Assembly: GCA_047967505.1 (NCBI GenBank)
Contig: CM106538.1
DNA: 64,000 bases
Direction: 5' to 3' (one strand)
From: Dipteris shenzhenensis
Taxonomy: Eukaryota
The position numbers and the translations under genes are program-made. Positions 45,201 through 54,000 of this stretch are shown piece after piece (the stretch's first letter is position 1; the number at the start of each line of letters is the position of its first letter). The notes beneath the pieces are model-generated. The model made no database searches, had not been told where the DNA came from, and worked only from the letters and a program-made list of their open reading frames with translations.

Positions 45201-46711
45201 CAGGGTCGTAGGCCTTTTGATGCAGGGATCAGATTCAGAGTGGTTCTTAGACCCTGACCCCCAGTTACTCTCCACCGGGTCTTGGAGACTTTGGCTCTAT
45301 GGAGGAGTTCCCATCAGGTATTTACAGTGGGACCCCGGAGAGTGGGAGTGGATTGACGCGGGGCATCGAGAGAAGACCATCCCCTTCTTTCGTTACACGG
45401 TCAGTAATGCCAGGAGATTTCAGCTCAGTAGTAGAGGTTGGAGACCCTCCAGAGTTCCTCATTGGGAGACTTTTGGTATTACTGCGGATCAGTAGAGGTA
45501 CTTCTGGAGGAGGCTCTGGAAATCCCACAGGAATAGAAAGATCACTATCTTCTTTTGGCTTTCTATTCATGGAGGGATTGCAGTGAACCTTTGGAGGTCC
45601 AGATTCGGAGCCGACCCTACTTGCCCTCGTTGCCTTTCTGCTTCGGAGTCTATTCAGCATTGCTTATGGGATTGCAGACAGGCGAGATTGATTTGGATGG
45701 GGATAGCCAGGATCTTCAGTCACTTTGCCCATTCCCCACTCTTTATGACTTGGGGCTCGGTGGCTTGGCTTTCTCTTACAGGACCTCAGGTTTTCTATGA
45801 GGGACTTGACTCCTCCCGGGCCATTTCGGTTCGACATCATCGGGTTGAGCTCTGCTCATTGGATGTGGTTACACACCGTCCTTTTACAGCTGTACATGCC
45901 TCTGTGGATACTTCTTGGGAGATTATAGCGAGCATAGCAGCCTGGCATATCTGGAGATCCAGATGCACAGAGGCTATGAAGGGTACTCAGGTTCATCCCT
46001 CGCACACATTGGCTAGTATCTGGACAGACATCGTACACACTCTGATGGCCGTATGGACGGGTATGCAGGGGGACTCCCGTGCAGCCTCAGCTAGGAGGGC
46101 TTCTTTCTTCAGGGAATGGAAGGATTCTCCTTTCTTCTCTGAATCTACTACAGGGTTGAGATGGCACTTTCAGCCTCAGCCTTGGTTTCTTTCCACCTCA
46201 CTCTGAGGGGGTTTTTTATTATCCTCATGATTTCATGATGTATTCCGCTTTGAGCTTGCTCTCGCGGGTTTTTGTTCTTACTTAATAGAAGTCCTTTTCA
46301 TGGAAAAAAAAAGTTAGAAAGTGGGTGAAAGTAATTCCCACAGCATTTCCAAAAAGTGATCAACATTGTTAAAATTACCTGCTTTGACAATGACAGGAAA
46401 AGGTGAACCTGAAATGTTTCCTGCAAGATTTCCGATTTCAAGATAATAATCACCAGCTTTTGATAAAATAATGTTCATTGACTGCACCCCAGTATTTGGA
46501 TCATATTTTGTTGATGCCCAAGAAACAACTGGAATCCTTTTTCCCTCTGAAATTGTAAAAGCCGCTATATGAAAATTATACATTACTTCATCTGTATATG
46601 CATTTCCATAAACATCATTTTGCTGCAACTTTAGTCTTATCGGCGTTCCAGCCACTGCATTTGTGAAGTCTGTTTTCCAAATTATAGTACTGAGAGCCAC
46701 AGAAAATGGAC
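994..46711 (-). CDS. GEX2: GEX2-like filamin/Ig-repeat gamete-surface protein, partial multi-exon gene (10 internal exons; both ends outside window)
   Basis: Ten exons, each a multiple of 3 nt, with AG|G acceptors and G|GT donors, splice into one open 1132-codon frame. Repeats carry G-P-x-S-x3-C-x-G-x-W...AG...(K/Q)D-x-(F/Y)-G-N...G-S-P-F, the pattern I recognise from plant GEX2. Confidence 0.8.
1576..1884 (-). CDS. GEX2: GEX2-like exon I (309 nt)
   Basis: tatag|GTGTC ... GCAG|gtaga; GVPTVNDAIVVGEGL...RDSYGN...YKPDVEGKY...GNPFRAQVRA. Confidence 0.87.
1960..2289 (-). CDS. GEX2: GEX2-like exon H (330 nt)
   Basis: tgcag|GTCCT ... CCAG|gtacg; GPISIEHSSGIW...QSDQYSN...GAPFAFSYSP. Confidence 0.88.
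3885..4190. repeat. Degenerate direct repeats (~4 copies of catggtgtaaccatgatgtat...tttt)
   Basis: Copies near 3886, 4035, 4101 and 4134. Confidence 0.6.
6774..7109 (-). CDS. GEX2: GEX2-like exon G (336 nt)
   Basis: tgcag|GATCG ... CAAG|gtatg; GSITIPECSGEW...ASPFKFSYEQ. Confidence 0.85.
7409..7753 (-). CDS. GEX2: GEX2-like exon F (345 nt)
   Basis: tgcag|GACCC ... CAAG|gtaag; GPISIRNCSGKW...QRDGYGN...GSPFPFTCAQ. Confidence 0.88.
7848..8162 (-). CDS. GEX2: GEX2-like exon E (315 nt, canonical filamin-type GPGLE repeat)
   Basis: aacag|GTCCA ... CCTG|gtatt; GPVSSSLSTFEGPGLEASTAG...GEFNVSYMPEIWGTY. Confidence 0.85.
8440..9021 (+). mobile_element. Probable RTE-X-like non-LTR retrotransposon remnant (ORF1 C-terminus plus (TCTA)n tail)
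   Basis: Translates to KKLRGIEIWISKELTPTQL...KEDKWDVYRDGKALI with a stop and a frameshift, resembling the CR1/RTE-X ORF1 C-terminus; ends in atctatctatctatcta at ~9004-9020. Confidence 0.45.
9737..10099 (-). CDS. GEX2: GEX2-like exon D (363 nt)
   Basis: tgtag|GGCCA ... GAAG|gtaac; GPVSVKNCSGQW...EKDVFGN...GSPFTFNVVE. Confidence 0.88.
10356..10694 (-). CDS. GEX2: GEX2-like exon C (339 nt)
   Basis: tgcag|GTTCC ... CCAG|gtaaa; GSILPTACEFVW...FTAGD...KDRFNN...GSPFSFSVMP. Confidence 0.88.
10799..11197 (-). CDS. GEX2: GEX2-like exon B (399 nt)
   Basis: cacag|GTCCA ... GCAG|gtaat; GPLNISACVGSW...LQMDSFGN...GSPFYFKVFA. Confidence 0.88.
11314..12427. repeat. ~110-bp diverged tandem duplication of intron sequence; first copy interrupted by the L1
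   Basis: ctaccaa...ccataatta.caactatacaaaca...ccatcacataagaatgttt at 11314-11408 plus 12303-12316, and again at 12317-12427. Confidence 0.75.
11409..12292 (+). mobile_element. 5'-truncated L1 LINE (subfamily A): zf-RVT plus 3'UTR, (AT)n tail, 10-bp TSD
   Basis: Matches the 3' end of the full-length copies; TSD atattccatc at 11399-11408 and 12293-12302. Confidence 0.88.
12538..14627 (-). mobile_element. Non-autonomous gag-only LTR retrotransposon (copia-type gag, TR-GAG-like)
   Basis: Similar LTRs at 14337-14627 and 12538-12797 (TGTTAGG start on minus; 3' LTR lacks its last ~60 bp). iMet PBS TGGTATCAGACC at 14323-14334, purine tract before the 3' LTR, no pol. Confidence 0.8.
13249..14190 (-). 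pseudogene. Ty1/copia-type gag ORF with degenerate CCHC knuckle
   Basis: FLKMQLYKLKMEE...HIAKIQSLVQQL (UBN2-like gag) and YTYCNKLGHTEDRC (first Cys replaced by Tyr); gag similarity lies in ~13300-13870. Confidence 0.75.
14660..17225 (+). mobile_element. Highly degraded L1 ORF1 remnant of an older family (C-rich leader probably at 12437-12537), interrupted by later insertions
   Basis: ~15650-15745 reads QQRVEVSSLPGQCFCYW*MDHLVRACPR, matching the ORF1 zinc-knuckle context of the intact copies (RQRVEISGRQDQCRICRTSGHFARDCPR). Confidence 0.5.
17226..17863 (-). mobile_element. 5'-truncated L1 3' fragment (subfamily B)
   Basis: Poly-T at 17226-17232, then reverse complement of the B-type 3'UTR and ORF2 end seen at ~52360-53016. 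Confidence 0.85.
17862..19235 (+). mobile_element. 5'-truncated L1 (subfamily A): ORF2 C-terminal ~390 aa, 3'UTR, poly-A
   Basis: ORF 17867-19039 is nearly identical to the A-copy C-terminus (WDPGEWEW, CPRC...HCLWDC); poly-A at 19227-19235. Confidence 0.9.
19283..19450 (+). mobile_element. Short L1 ORF2 C-terminal fragment (subfamily C)
   Basis: MQGSPRATTARRDTFLRVWRGSPFFSESP matches the C-type end in 25508-25771. Confidence 0.65.
19543..24741 (+). mobile_element. Degraded chimeric L1 (B-type ORF1/EN start, A-type ORF2) with ~1.4-kb internal deletion and no 3'UTR
   Basis: C-rich 5'UTR, ORF1 remnant from 20413, EN and RT fragments (LDFEKAYDRV, GCPLAP); jumps at ~24540 from the RT-distal region to the C-terminus. 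Confidence 0.82.
24780..25160 (+). mobile_element. zf-RVT remnant of a different L1 family
   Basis: Reads ...GPWLEQMCVDGICHCCANRDLETISHCLLGCP, the C-x2-C...E-T-x2-H-x4-C motif. Confidence 0.55.
25412..29217 (-). mobile_element. 5'-truncated degraded L1 (subfamily C), EN to 3'UTR
   Basis: Minus-strand ORF2 fragments (IDKFYVDDW, LDFEKAYDRVDW, CPQC...HCLREC); 3'UTR and short poly-A at ~25412. Confidence 0.85.
29940..32270 (-). mobile_element. Ty3/gypsy gag-protease-RT remnant
   Basis: EHCIDLYPDSGLVIKGPCRMNPNY...VVVVPK (RT N-terminus, homologous to 63574-63870); KNVFVDVGTAVNI (aspartic-protease-like) in 31127-31669. Confidence 0.6.
32285..32590. repeat. Diverged tandem duplication, period ~176 bp
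   Basis: atgtggtgcagatgatccagta...tttggagttgc...catattgtttacaga at 32285 and 32461. Confidence 0.75.
33422..34960 (+). CDS. L1 ORF1p of copy A1 (DUF4283-like region, CCHC knuckle, Pro/Gly-rich tail)
   Basis: Open frame from ATG 33422; LLGRGFFQVV and CRRCRTIGHFARDC. Confidence 0.85.
   Translation: MDTPSANPTPPPPAAKTITFSKDELQQLKKDVEIECSTMLLARIFGSHPSRSQARDWMLAALPPDLTPRLLDVRLLGRGFFQVVHDTPEAASTVLKAEFLHLRHRKIFFEAFHIGFDPVEADKKIFLLFMRFPGLPQVYHRLLSVIGEHFGAVAEIPPLPGLPLTAVEATKADGIPRVRVLCKDPNLKMDHVMIQRSDGFFFREREEISGKQDQCRRCRTIGHFARDCPRKNKRPKKPSGTTTAPWPRQGGGTGPALAPQPRQRGGTSLAPAPRPSHGGPPQDGDGIGPAPAPRPRQGGGTGPSPAPRPPPTSGARDALKWVVARVQIPPSVHEGTLVDSASPRAVAPVSPRTIRDTEASTSSPVAASFLEPAVPDALLEVVEVSAARQTQDREQSSRPPLDRRKGVYTLDPLPSEGILRTPVSGLLHRNSFPALAHGSDFPEEFVPATFGETVIGFPVDRASSSGGRVLSPVDFLPLGSIPPSSSRRSSPVERFVSATRSGKVFHSTSSRR
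34957..39311 (+). pseudogene. L1 ORF2 of copy A1 (EN-RT-zf), multiple nonsense codons and frameshifts
   Basis: SWNIQGL, GGDFN, SDH, LDFEKAYDRV, GCPLAP, LADD and zf-RVT, broken into ORF fragments. Confidence 0.9.
40322..41863 (+). CDS. L1 ORF1p of copy A2
   Basis: Open frame from ATG 40322; CRICRTSGHFARDC knuckle; its TGA overlaps the ORF2 ATG. Confidence 0.88.
   Translation: MDSPSANPTPSPPAAKTITFSKDELQQLRKDVEIECSTTLLARIFGSHPSRSQARDWMLAALPPDLAPRLVDVRLLGRGFFQVVFDTPEAASTVLKAELLHLGHRKIFFEAFHLGFDPVEADKKFFSLFIRFPGLPQVYHRLLSVIGEHFGVVAEIPPLPGLPLTAAEATKADGVPRVRVLCKDPNLEMDHVMIQRPDGSFFRQRVEISGRQDQCRICRTSGHFARDCPRKKKRPKKTSGTATASGHRQGGQGGRLDPALAPRPRQRGGTGPAPAPHSSRGGPAQSGGGTGPVPIPRPHQGGGTGPAPRPPPPSGTHDALQWVPVRVQVPPSVHEGTLVDSASPRAVLPVSPCTVRDAEASTSSPVAASSLDPALPDVPLEDREISAAGQTPGREPSSLPPLDRGKGIAYTVDPLPSQGILRTPVSGLLHRNSFSALAESSDFPEEEFVPATFGEPVVGFPIDRASSSGARILSPIDFPPLGSFPPSRRSSPVEGFVSATRSGKVFHSTSSRR
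41860..46206 (+). CDS. L1 ORF2p of copy A2 (APE endonuclease, RT, zf-RVT; 1448 codons with one internal TAG at 45493-45495)
   Basis: 1211-aa ORF continues in the same frame after a CAG>TAG (CAG in the 17862 copy) to TGA at 46206. Confidence 0.92.
46379..46711 (-). CDS. GEX2: GEX2-like exon A (Ig/filamin repeat, 333 nt)
   Basis: Acceptor tctag|GTCCA, donor GCAG|gtaat; GPFSVALSTIIW...QQNDVYGN...GSPFPVIVKA. Confidence 0.85.
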
Positions 46712-48099
46712 CTAGACATTTTCAATTGTCAATAAGTTAATTTATGTCTCTCTTCCATCATGTAAATAATTTAAAAGCAGAATTAGCTTTTAAAAGAAGT
46801 GTTTTACATATGCAATTCTAGAGTGCTTGATAAAGGAGTGTTATGCAAAAATGTAGACAACAGGTTTACTTCAAGGGTTCCACTTTTCTTTCGAGATTGA
46901 CAAGCATATGGGGTTGACGTGCCAATGTAAGCACCAATAGTGCTGCAAACCTCTAAATATGATAGCAGCTCTAGAATTTATAGTGCACAGCTTTGTTTAA
47001 ATAATATAGGACAAGCACCAAGATATTTAGCATGAATGGACTTTTCTTTACAGTATTTTAACATCCAGTGTATAAGATTTCTTTAGACATAACTTGGGAG
47101 GAAGGAATGCTAGGAAGAAAAATTAACTCATTGGACAAGGTTTTGATACCAGCAAGGAGATATGGTCAAGTAAGTGCCTTGGGATTCATCAAGCATCCCA
47201 TCTTGATGGGCAATGAAACATGGGCAAAAGAGCTTTGGGGAAGCAAGAATTTCCCATTAGCAAAGGGTGGTGGAGACCAAGAGACAGTATACAAGCAGCT
47301 ATTTGTCTAGGCCCATGGAGTGTCCTGAGAGATGGAAAAATAACTTGGGCCACAGAGCCTTTAACATAATGTCCTTTACTTGACCTTCCCCCTTTGCTTG
47401 CCCCCTTCTCCTCTCCCCTCCTTGCCATCTCTCCCTTGCCCACTTTTAGCCCTTCCCATAAGCCATACGGCTTTTGCTCCTAGACCTTGCAGCCCCTCAT
47501 GCTCTGTATTTTCTCACCTCCCATTGGGCATCTTCTACCCACGCCTAGCAGCCACTTCTAGCCTTTTGCCCCAACCCAATTCCCATCCTCCACTCCCTCT
47601 GCTATTGCTTTTGGGATTGGATCAATCATTGCACTTGTTTGAAATCATCACACTATTAGAGGTCAACATCTCCTAATGTCACCTAGCGAAAGAGAGCATT
47701 GCTTGTGGGTGTGCCCGCCCAGTGAGTGAGGGTAGCGTAGAGAGTGAGGGCCTATGTTGTTGGTGTGACCGCCCCTCGTGAGAGTAGGTTAGTGTGGCTG
47801 TCCAGTGCCATGGAGGTTCCCAAGTGGGGTACGGAGGTGTGTGGGCAGATATGCCCTATAGGGCTGCCCTTAAGCCCCATTTATGGGCTGTGGAGTAGAG
47901 GGTGGGTTGACTTGCAGGTCGACCAACTTGCTACCTTCAGCCGTCCATGGGCTGGGGGGCTTGAGCCCTATACAAAGGATACCTAGGGCAGTGTGCAGCC
48001 TTGTAGGTGGGCTGGCCCACCTGGCCAGGTCGGCTTTTTTGGAGCAGGGGCTCAGCCCTGATATAGGGCCTTAAGGAGCCCCACTTGTAGGGCTATAGG

Positions 48100-51000
48100 T
48101 GAAGGCACATGGTGGAGAGGGAGAGAGAGAGAGAGAGGGTAGGCTAGGGAGAGAGGAAGTGATACTCAAAGAGAGACATAATGAAATGACTAGAGCAATG
48201 AACCAAAATGAAAGTACTCACATGTAGACCAAAGAGCTTGTAGCTTGATACTTAATTGATTTGACACTAGACAAGTACAACTCTTATATAGAGCACACAC
48301 ACACATATGAACATCTATGCATATGGGATAACGAGGAAGGGAAGCCACTATTGCGAAGCCTATTGTGGTCAAATGGACCAGTGAGATTGTGCCCTCCACC
48401 TTAGGGGTCCCGGTCATTGGGATTCCTTCTGACAGGGCCTCCCTTTCAGCAGGTGTGGGGATCCTTGCACCTGTTGAGTTTCCTGCCCTCAGCAGGAGTG
48501 TTTCGGCCCAGGGGAAGCTGGTCTCCTCTACTAGGTCAGGTAAGCCTTTCCATCCAGCATCCTCCTGTCGATGAGGATAGTCAGTTGGAATATACAGGGC
48601 CTAGGCGGAGGTCCACACTGTCGCCGTAGGCAGCTGTTCCGGAACCAACTTCATCCAGGCATCACTGGAGGTGCTATTGATATCCTTTTTATCCAGGAAC
48701 ACAAGCTGGATGCCAGTGATTGCTCTAAGTCTGGCAAACTGCTTTCAGGCCATACCTTCTGGTCGCCTACTATGGGCACAAGGGGAGGTACTTGCATTTC
48801 GGTCTCTCTTTCTATTCTCCCCTTGGTTGCTGGTCATGGTATTATCTCCCCTTCTAGAGCTCAATGGATCATTATTTTGATTGGAGGGCGTAAGATTGGT
48901 CTTCTCAATCTTTATGCTCCCAACAACAGAGGGGGCGTAAGATTGGTCTTCTCAATCTTTTGGAAGGAGTTACTCTCTTGGGCCCCCATTGCAAATTCTT
49001 GGATCATTGGTGGTGACTTCAACATGGTTGAGTTGCCTTCAGACAAAAAGGGAGGCAGACAGGGTGGAATTCATTCTTTGGAGAGGGCAGCCTGGGATGC
49101 CTTCCTCTTTCACTTCACTGGCAGGGACACTTGGTTGGATGATGCCTTTCATATTATGCAACAGTCACTCCTGTACTCTTGGTCACAGGAGAATACACAT
49201 GCCCATTCATGCACGGTTTGACAGATTTTATGTCGACGATTGGGCACTTGATAGAGGAGGATCTGTATGCATTTCTACTGGGATTTCCACCTCAGATCAT
49301 TTTCCAGTGGTGTTGCAGATTCTTGAGCCTCATCAGAGAGGACGCTCTGCCAGTGTCAGGATTCCGGATACTTTTTATGCAGAGGAGAGCCTCATGGAGG
49401 ATATTTTATAGATTTGGGTTTCTCACATACAGGGTGGAGCTGTCCACCCATCTCAGGTAGCTGTAGCCTTATCCGAAATTAGTGACTATTATCATACAGT
49501 CGCTGATTCTAGCAGACATGAGATTCTCAGATGTGAGATTGGTATACACCAGCAGTTAGCGTCCCTTCAGAGGGAAGAGTAGAAGAGGCCCACAGATGCT
49601 TGGACTCAGGAGCGCCTTGCTGCAGCAAGGGCTCATTTGCAGATATTGTTGGATCAGAGAGCAGAATATGCCTTTCATGCACAGGAATCCTTTTGGATTC
49701 AGATGGGTGGCAGGGTCAACAAACACTTTTTCTCTACTCATGGACCCAGACATAGTAGAGATAGTGTTTTGCAGCTTATTGACTCAGACGGGTGTTACAG
49801 TCAGATCCTGATGCTATCATGCGTGTAGCTTCAGATTTTTTTGCATCCCTTCTTACTGCAGATCCAGGCACACAGGCCATTGATGATGCTAGAGAGGTTA
49901 TTTGGCAGTGTATCCTTGTATTGGTGAAGGATGAGATGTATGCTTCTCTGGATGCACCTTTCACCAATGCAGAATTCAAGACTGCATTACTTGCCCTTCA
50001 CGAGGGCAAGAGCCCAGGATCAGATGGACTTACCCCCTCCTTTTTTATTACTTTTTGGGAGCAGATTGGTGATCACATTACATCAGCCCTGCAGGGCGTG
50101 TGGGACTCTGGTGAGATGCTGGACTCACTTACAGATGGTCTCATTCATCTCATCCCAAAGGGGGGTAATAGGAATCTGGTGTCTCAATGGACACCCATCA
50201 CTCTATTGGGCACTTTTTACAAGATTCTGGCAAAAGCCATCAGTCTGCGGCTACAGGTTTTTCTTCCAGATTTGATTCATGACACGCAGACAGGGTTTGT
50301 GCATGGCAGAAGTATTTTTGATAATATTTTCTCATTTTGGGAGGCCATAGAATGGGCCATGCAGAGCCGCCAGAGATTGGCCATTCTACTCTTGGACTTT
50401 GAGAAAGCTTACGACAGAGTAGACTGGGATTTTTTAGAGGGTACTCTATCTCGCTTTGGTTTTTCAGATGCATGGATTAGAGGAGTATCCTCTCTCTACA
50501 GATCAGCCCATAGCCAGTTGCTCATTGGGGGGGTAAGAGGGGACAGGTTTCAGATTTCCAGATCCGTCCGCCAGGGATGTCCTCTTGCCCCGTTTCTTTT
50601 TCTGTTTGTGGCGGAAGCTATGAGTATCTACATTAGATCTCAAGCTGATATTTATGGGCTGAGGCTTCCTATCCGCCGAGAAGAAGAGCTCCTGGATAGT
50701 GAGTTGGCAGATGACACGACTATTTTTTTGGATGCCTCCCCCAGGACACTCACTTCCTTCCGGACAGCCTTGGATTTGTTTTGCACGGCTGCAGGTGCAC
50801 ACATTAATGGCATAAATCCAGTGGTTTTTGGATTTGCGAGATTGCCACCCTGGATTGGGGTAATGATATTGGCTTCACTTGGGTACAGAGGGGCGTCTCG
50901 GTCAGATATTTGGCCTGCCAAGTTGGGGTGGGCATCTCTCCTCCACAACAGTTTGCTCCAGTGTTGGAAAGCATCAGAAGAAAGCTCCTTTTCTGGAGCT

Positions 51001-54000
51001 CAGCCAAACTTGACTTGGCCTCCAGGGTGGTGGTGGTTAACCAGGTTCTTCTAGCCACAACATGGTTTGTATGCTCTTGTTGGTGCTACTCTAGGGATTG
51101 TATCACTTAGCTTAAGAGGCTTGTACAAAACTTTGTATGGAGTGGTCTAGATAGCACAACTTATGTTACAGCCAAGGTGGCTTGGGAGACTTGATTCTTC
51201 CTACAAGAGAAGGGGGTTTGAGTATCAACGACCCAGATCTACAGTGCAGAGCTTTACTCTGCAAGTTCGTTGTGAGAGGGCTTATGCCAGGGCAAGAGCC
51301 TTGAAAGGATTTTTTATCAGATGCATACAGTCTCGCACGCCCACTTCAGGAGAGGATTGGACACATGGTACTAGATGGGTTTTAACCACAGCCCACCTCA
51401 GGTCTCCCTCTTCCCCTCTTATGGTTGCTATCCTGAAAGCATGGGCCAGCTTCAGGAGTACTCTTCGTAGGATTCCCCCATCCACCCATGAAGAGATTGA
51501 AAGGCAGCCTATCATGTGGAATGACAGGATTTTGGATGAGCTTGGCAGACCACTTGGAGCTTCTCCTTACATGCAGTGGCCAAGATGGGAGAGGGGCCCT
51601 GCATCTACAATGGGAGCATGGAAAGCCTTGAGGAAGCTTCTTGTAGACTAACAGAACCAGATGGTTCTTAATCTCAGAGGGAGTGCAGGGAGAGTCCAAC
51701 AGATTGATGCAGCCTTGCCCTTGGATTGGGTGGACACAGATGACATGCCTATCACTTGCTCCACCTGGATGGGGGCATTTTCCAGATTGGGAGTTCCTTT
51801 ACAGGTGATTGCTTTTCCTGACCCACATGAGGATGCCTTAGTATTTGATGTTTCTTCTGGGGGCAGGCTGTCCAGATCCATAGACAATATCTTGTTGGAG
51901 GTACCGTTTCAGCCAGTCAGGATAGTGGGCTTCATGGAGCATGGCTCTCTTTCACAGTGGTACTTGGATCCTGACCCGCTTCTCCTCGCCCTTGGCTCAT
52001 GGAGGCTGTGGCTCTATGGAGGTGTCCCAATTAAGTTTTTGCAGTGGGACCCTGGGGAATAAGAATGGATAGATGAAGGGCACCGAGAGAAGGGCATCCC
52101 CTTATTTCGTTACACGGTCAGTAATGCCAAGAAATTCCAGCTCAGCTGTAGGGGTTGGAGGCCCACCAGAGCTCATCATTGGAAGAACTTTCAGATTCCT
52201 GCTGACTTGCAGAAATGTTTTTGGCAGAGGCTCTGGAAATCCCACCGGAATAGAAAAATCACTCTCTTCTTTTGGCTTTCTATTCATGGTGGGATTATTG
52301 GAGGTCCAAGTTCGGAGCTGACCCTTCTTGCCCTCGCTGCCTTTCTGCTTTGGAGACAATACAACACTGCCTATGGGATTGCAGACAGGCGAGAATCATA
52401 TGGAAGGGGATTGAAAGACTTTTCAGCACTTTTGTTCGCCTATCTTTCTATATGACCCGGGGATCAGTGGCTTGGCTTACTCTTTCAGGGCCCCAGGTAT
52501 TTTTTGAGAGACTTGATTCCTCTTGGGCTCTTCACATCCGATGACACCTTGTGGAGTCGTGCTCTCTAGAGGATGTTCCGGCCACTCTTTTTAGGGCTGC
52601 TCACCGACTCTCCATGGGAGATCCTAGCTAGCATTGCAGCATGGCACATTTGGAGAGCCAGATGCACTGAGGCTTTGGAGGTTTCTCAGGTTCACCCTTC
52701 TCAGATCTTGACCAGTACTTGGACAGATACGATACACACTCTGATGGCCATTTGGGCGACCATGCAGGGATCATCTTGAGCAGCCTCCTCCAAGAGAGTT
52801 ACTTTTCTCAGAGATTGGAGAGACTCTCCCTTCTTTGCTGAGACTTCTACAAGGTTGAGATGGCATTTTCAGCCTCAGCCTTGGTTTCTTTCTACCTCAT
52901 TCCTCTGAGGTGTTTTTTATTACATGCTTAGCATGGTGTATTTTTGCACAGAGCTTGCTCTAGCGGGTTTCTTTCTTACTTAATAGAAGTCTCTTTTGTG
53001 GGAAAAAAAAAAAAAAGGACCAATGAACGGAGGAACCAACTCTAATCAACAAGCAATACATAGGGACGACTTCGTTAACAGAACTGTTTCTGAGGTGGAG
53101 TCTCTTTAGGCTAGGGCATGGGGAAATCAAGTTGTTAATCCAAGAAAGAATGCTGCTAGAGAGGAAATTGTTTTGAATGTTGAGCGTAGAGAGTAAAAAG
53201 TGAAATTAGCCCGAAGTAGCTACCGCACAAGAGTGCACATCCTGATGCAAAGAGGTATGTTTGTGAAGAACCAGGTGAGGATGCCCTCGAATGATGTGTC
53301 AATGAAGGCCATAGGAGCAGCTACCAAGGGAGATCACGTCATGACTCTCAATGTGCCGATCGAAGAGTCACCAAATGCTCAAGGGATTCCTAGTTGAAGA
53401 CGCAAATTGTGGGCCGCTCAAATCAGATCCGTGAGCATTAATGGGAAGCTCGAATGAAGGCCGTACAAGAGGCAATCTATGACGGAATCACGAGCAAGTT
53501 TTGGCATGGATTTCGAGGGCAGGAGCAGCAGCAGTAGATGGCATTAGATGGTGCAACAATCGAGGCAATCACCAAAGTATACTGAGATTAGAGAAATGAT
53601 ATTTGACTGTTCGGGATAGTCAAACATTGCAATGTCGCAATGTCGGAGATGACAAGGTGTGAAAAGAGTATACCCCATTGTCGGAAGCCTCAAGTCAATG
53701 TACTGGAGTGCCGGTATAGTTGAAATGACTTGTGGGTAAGCTCGAGAAGCTCAAATCACTGCTAGAGGTCATGAGAGTCCAAATCTGAGCAAAAAATGCC
53801 AAAAAATAGCCTAAAACTGCTCGGAATTGCCTTCTGACAAGTTATACGGACTCCTGGCACTTCCGCGCATCTACCTACAAAGGTCCGGGCGGCTGTATGG
53901 ACAAAAAAGTTGAATTTTGTTTTTCTCAAAATGGTGCAGGACAGGGTAATTTATGTTTGGGCAGTGACAAAATGTCAAAAAGCGTCAAAATCGGACCTCA

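Larger units (their letters stand above)
39474..46310 (+). mobile_element. Full-length L1 LINE copy A2 (least decayed), with ~135 bp extra 5' sequence
   Basis: 15-bp TSD aagttagaaagtggg at 39459-39473 and 46311-46325; the family 5' motif gagctgctgctcc starts at ~39608. Confidence 0.93.

Noticed and set aside
47068-47500. Possible RTE-type endonuclease remnant (WGSKNFPLAKGGG...ISPCPL)
   Set aside because: Similarity too faint to support by eye
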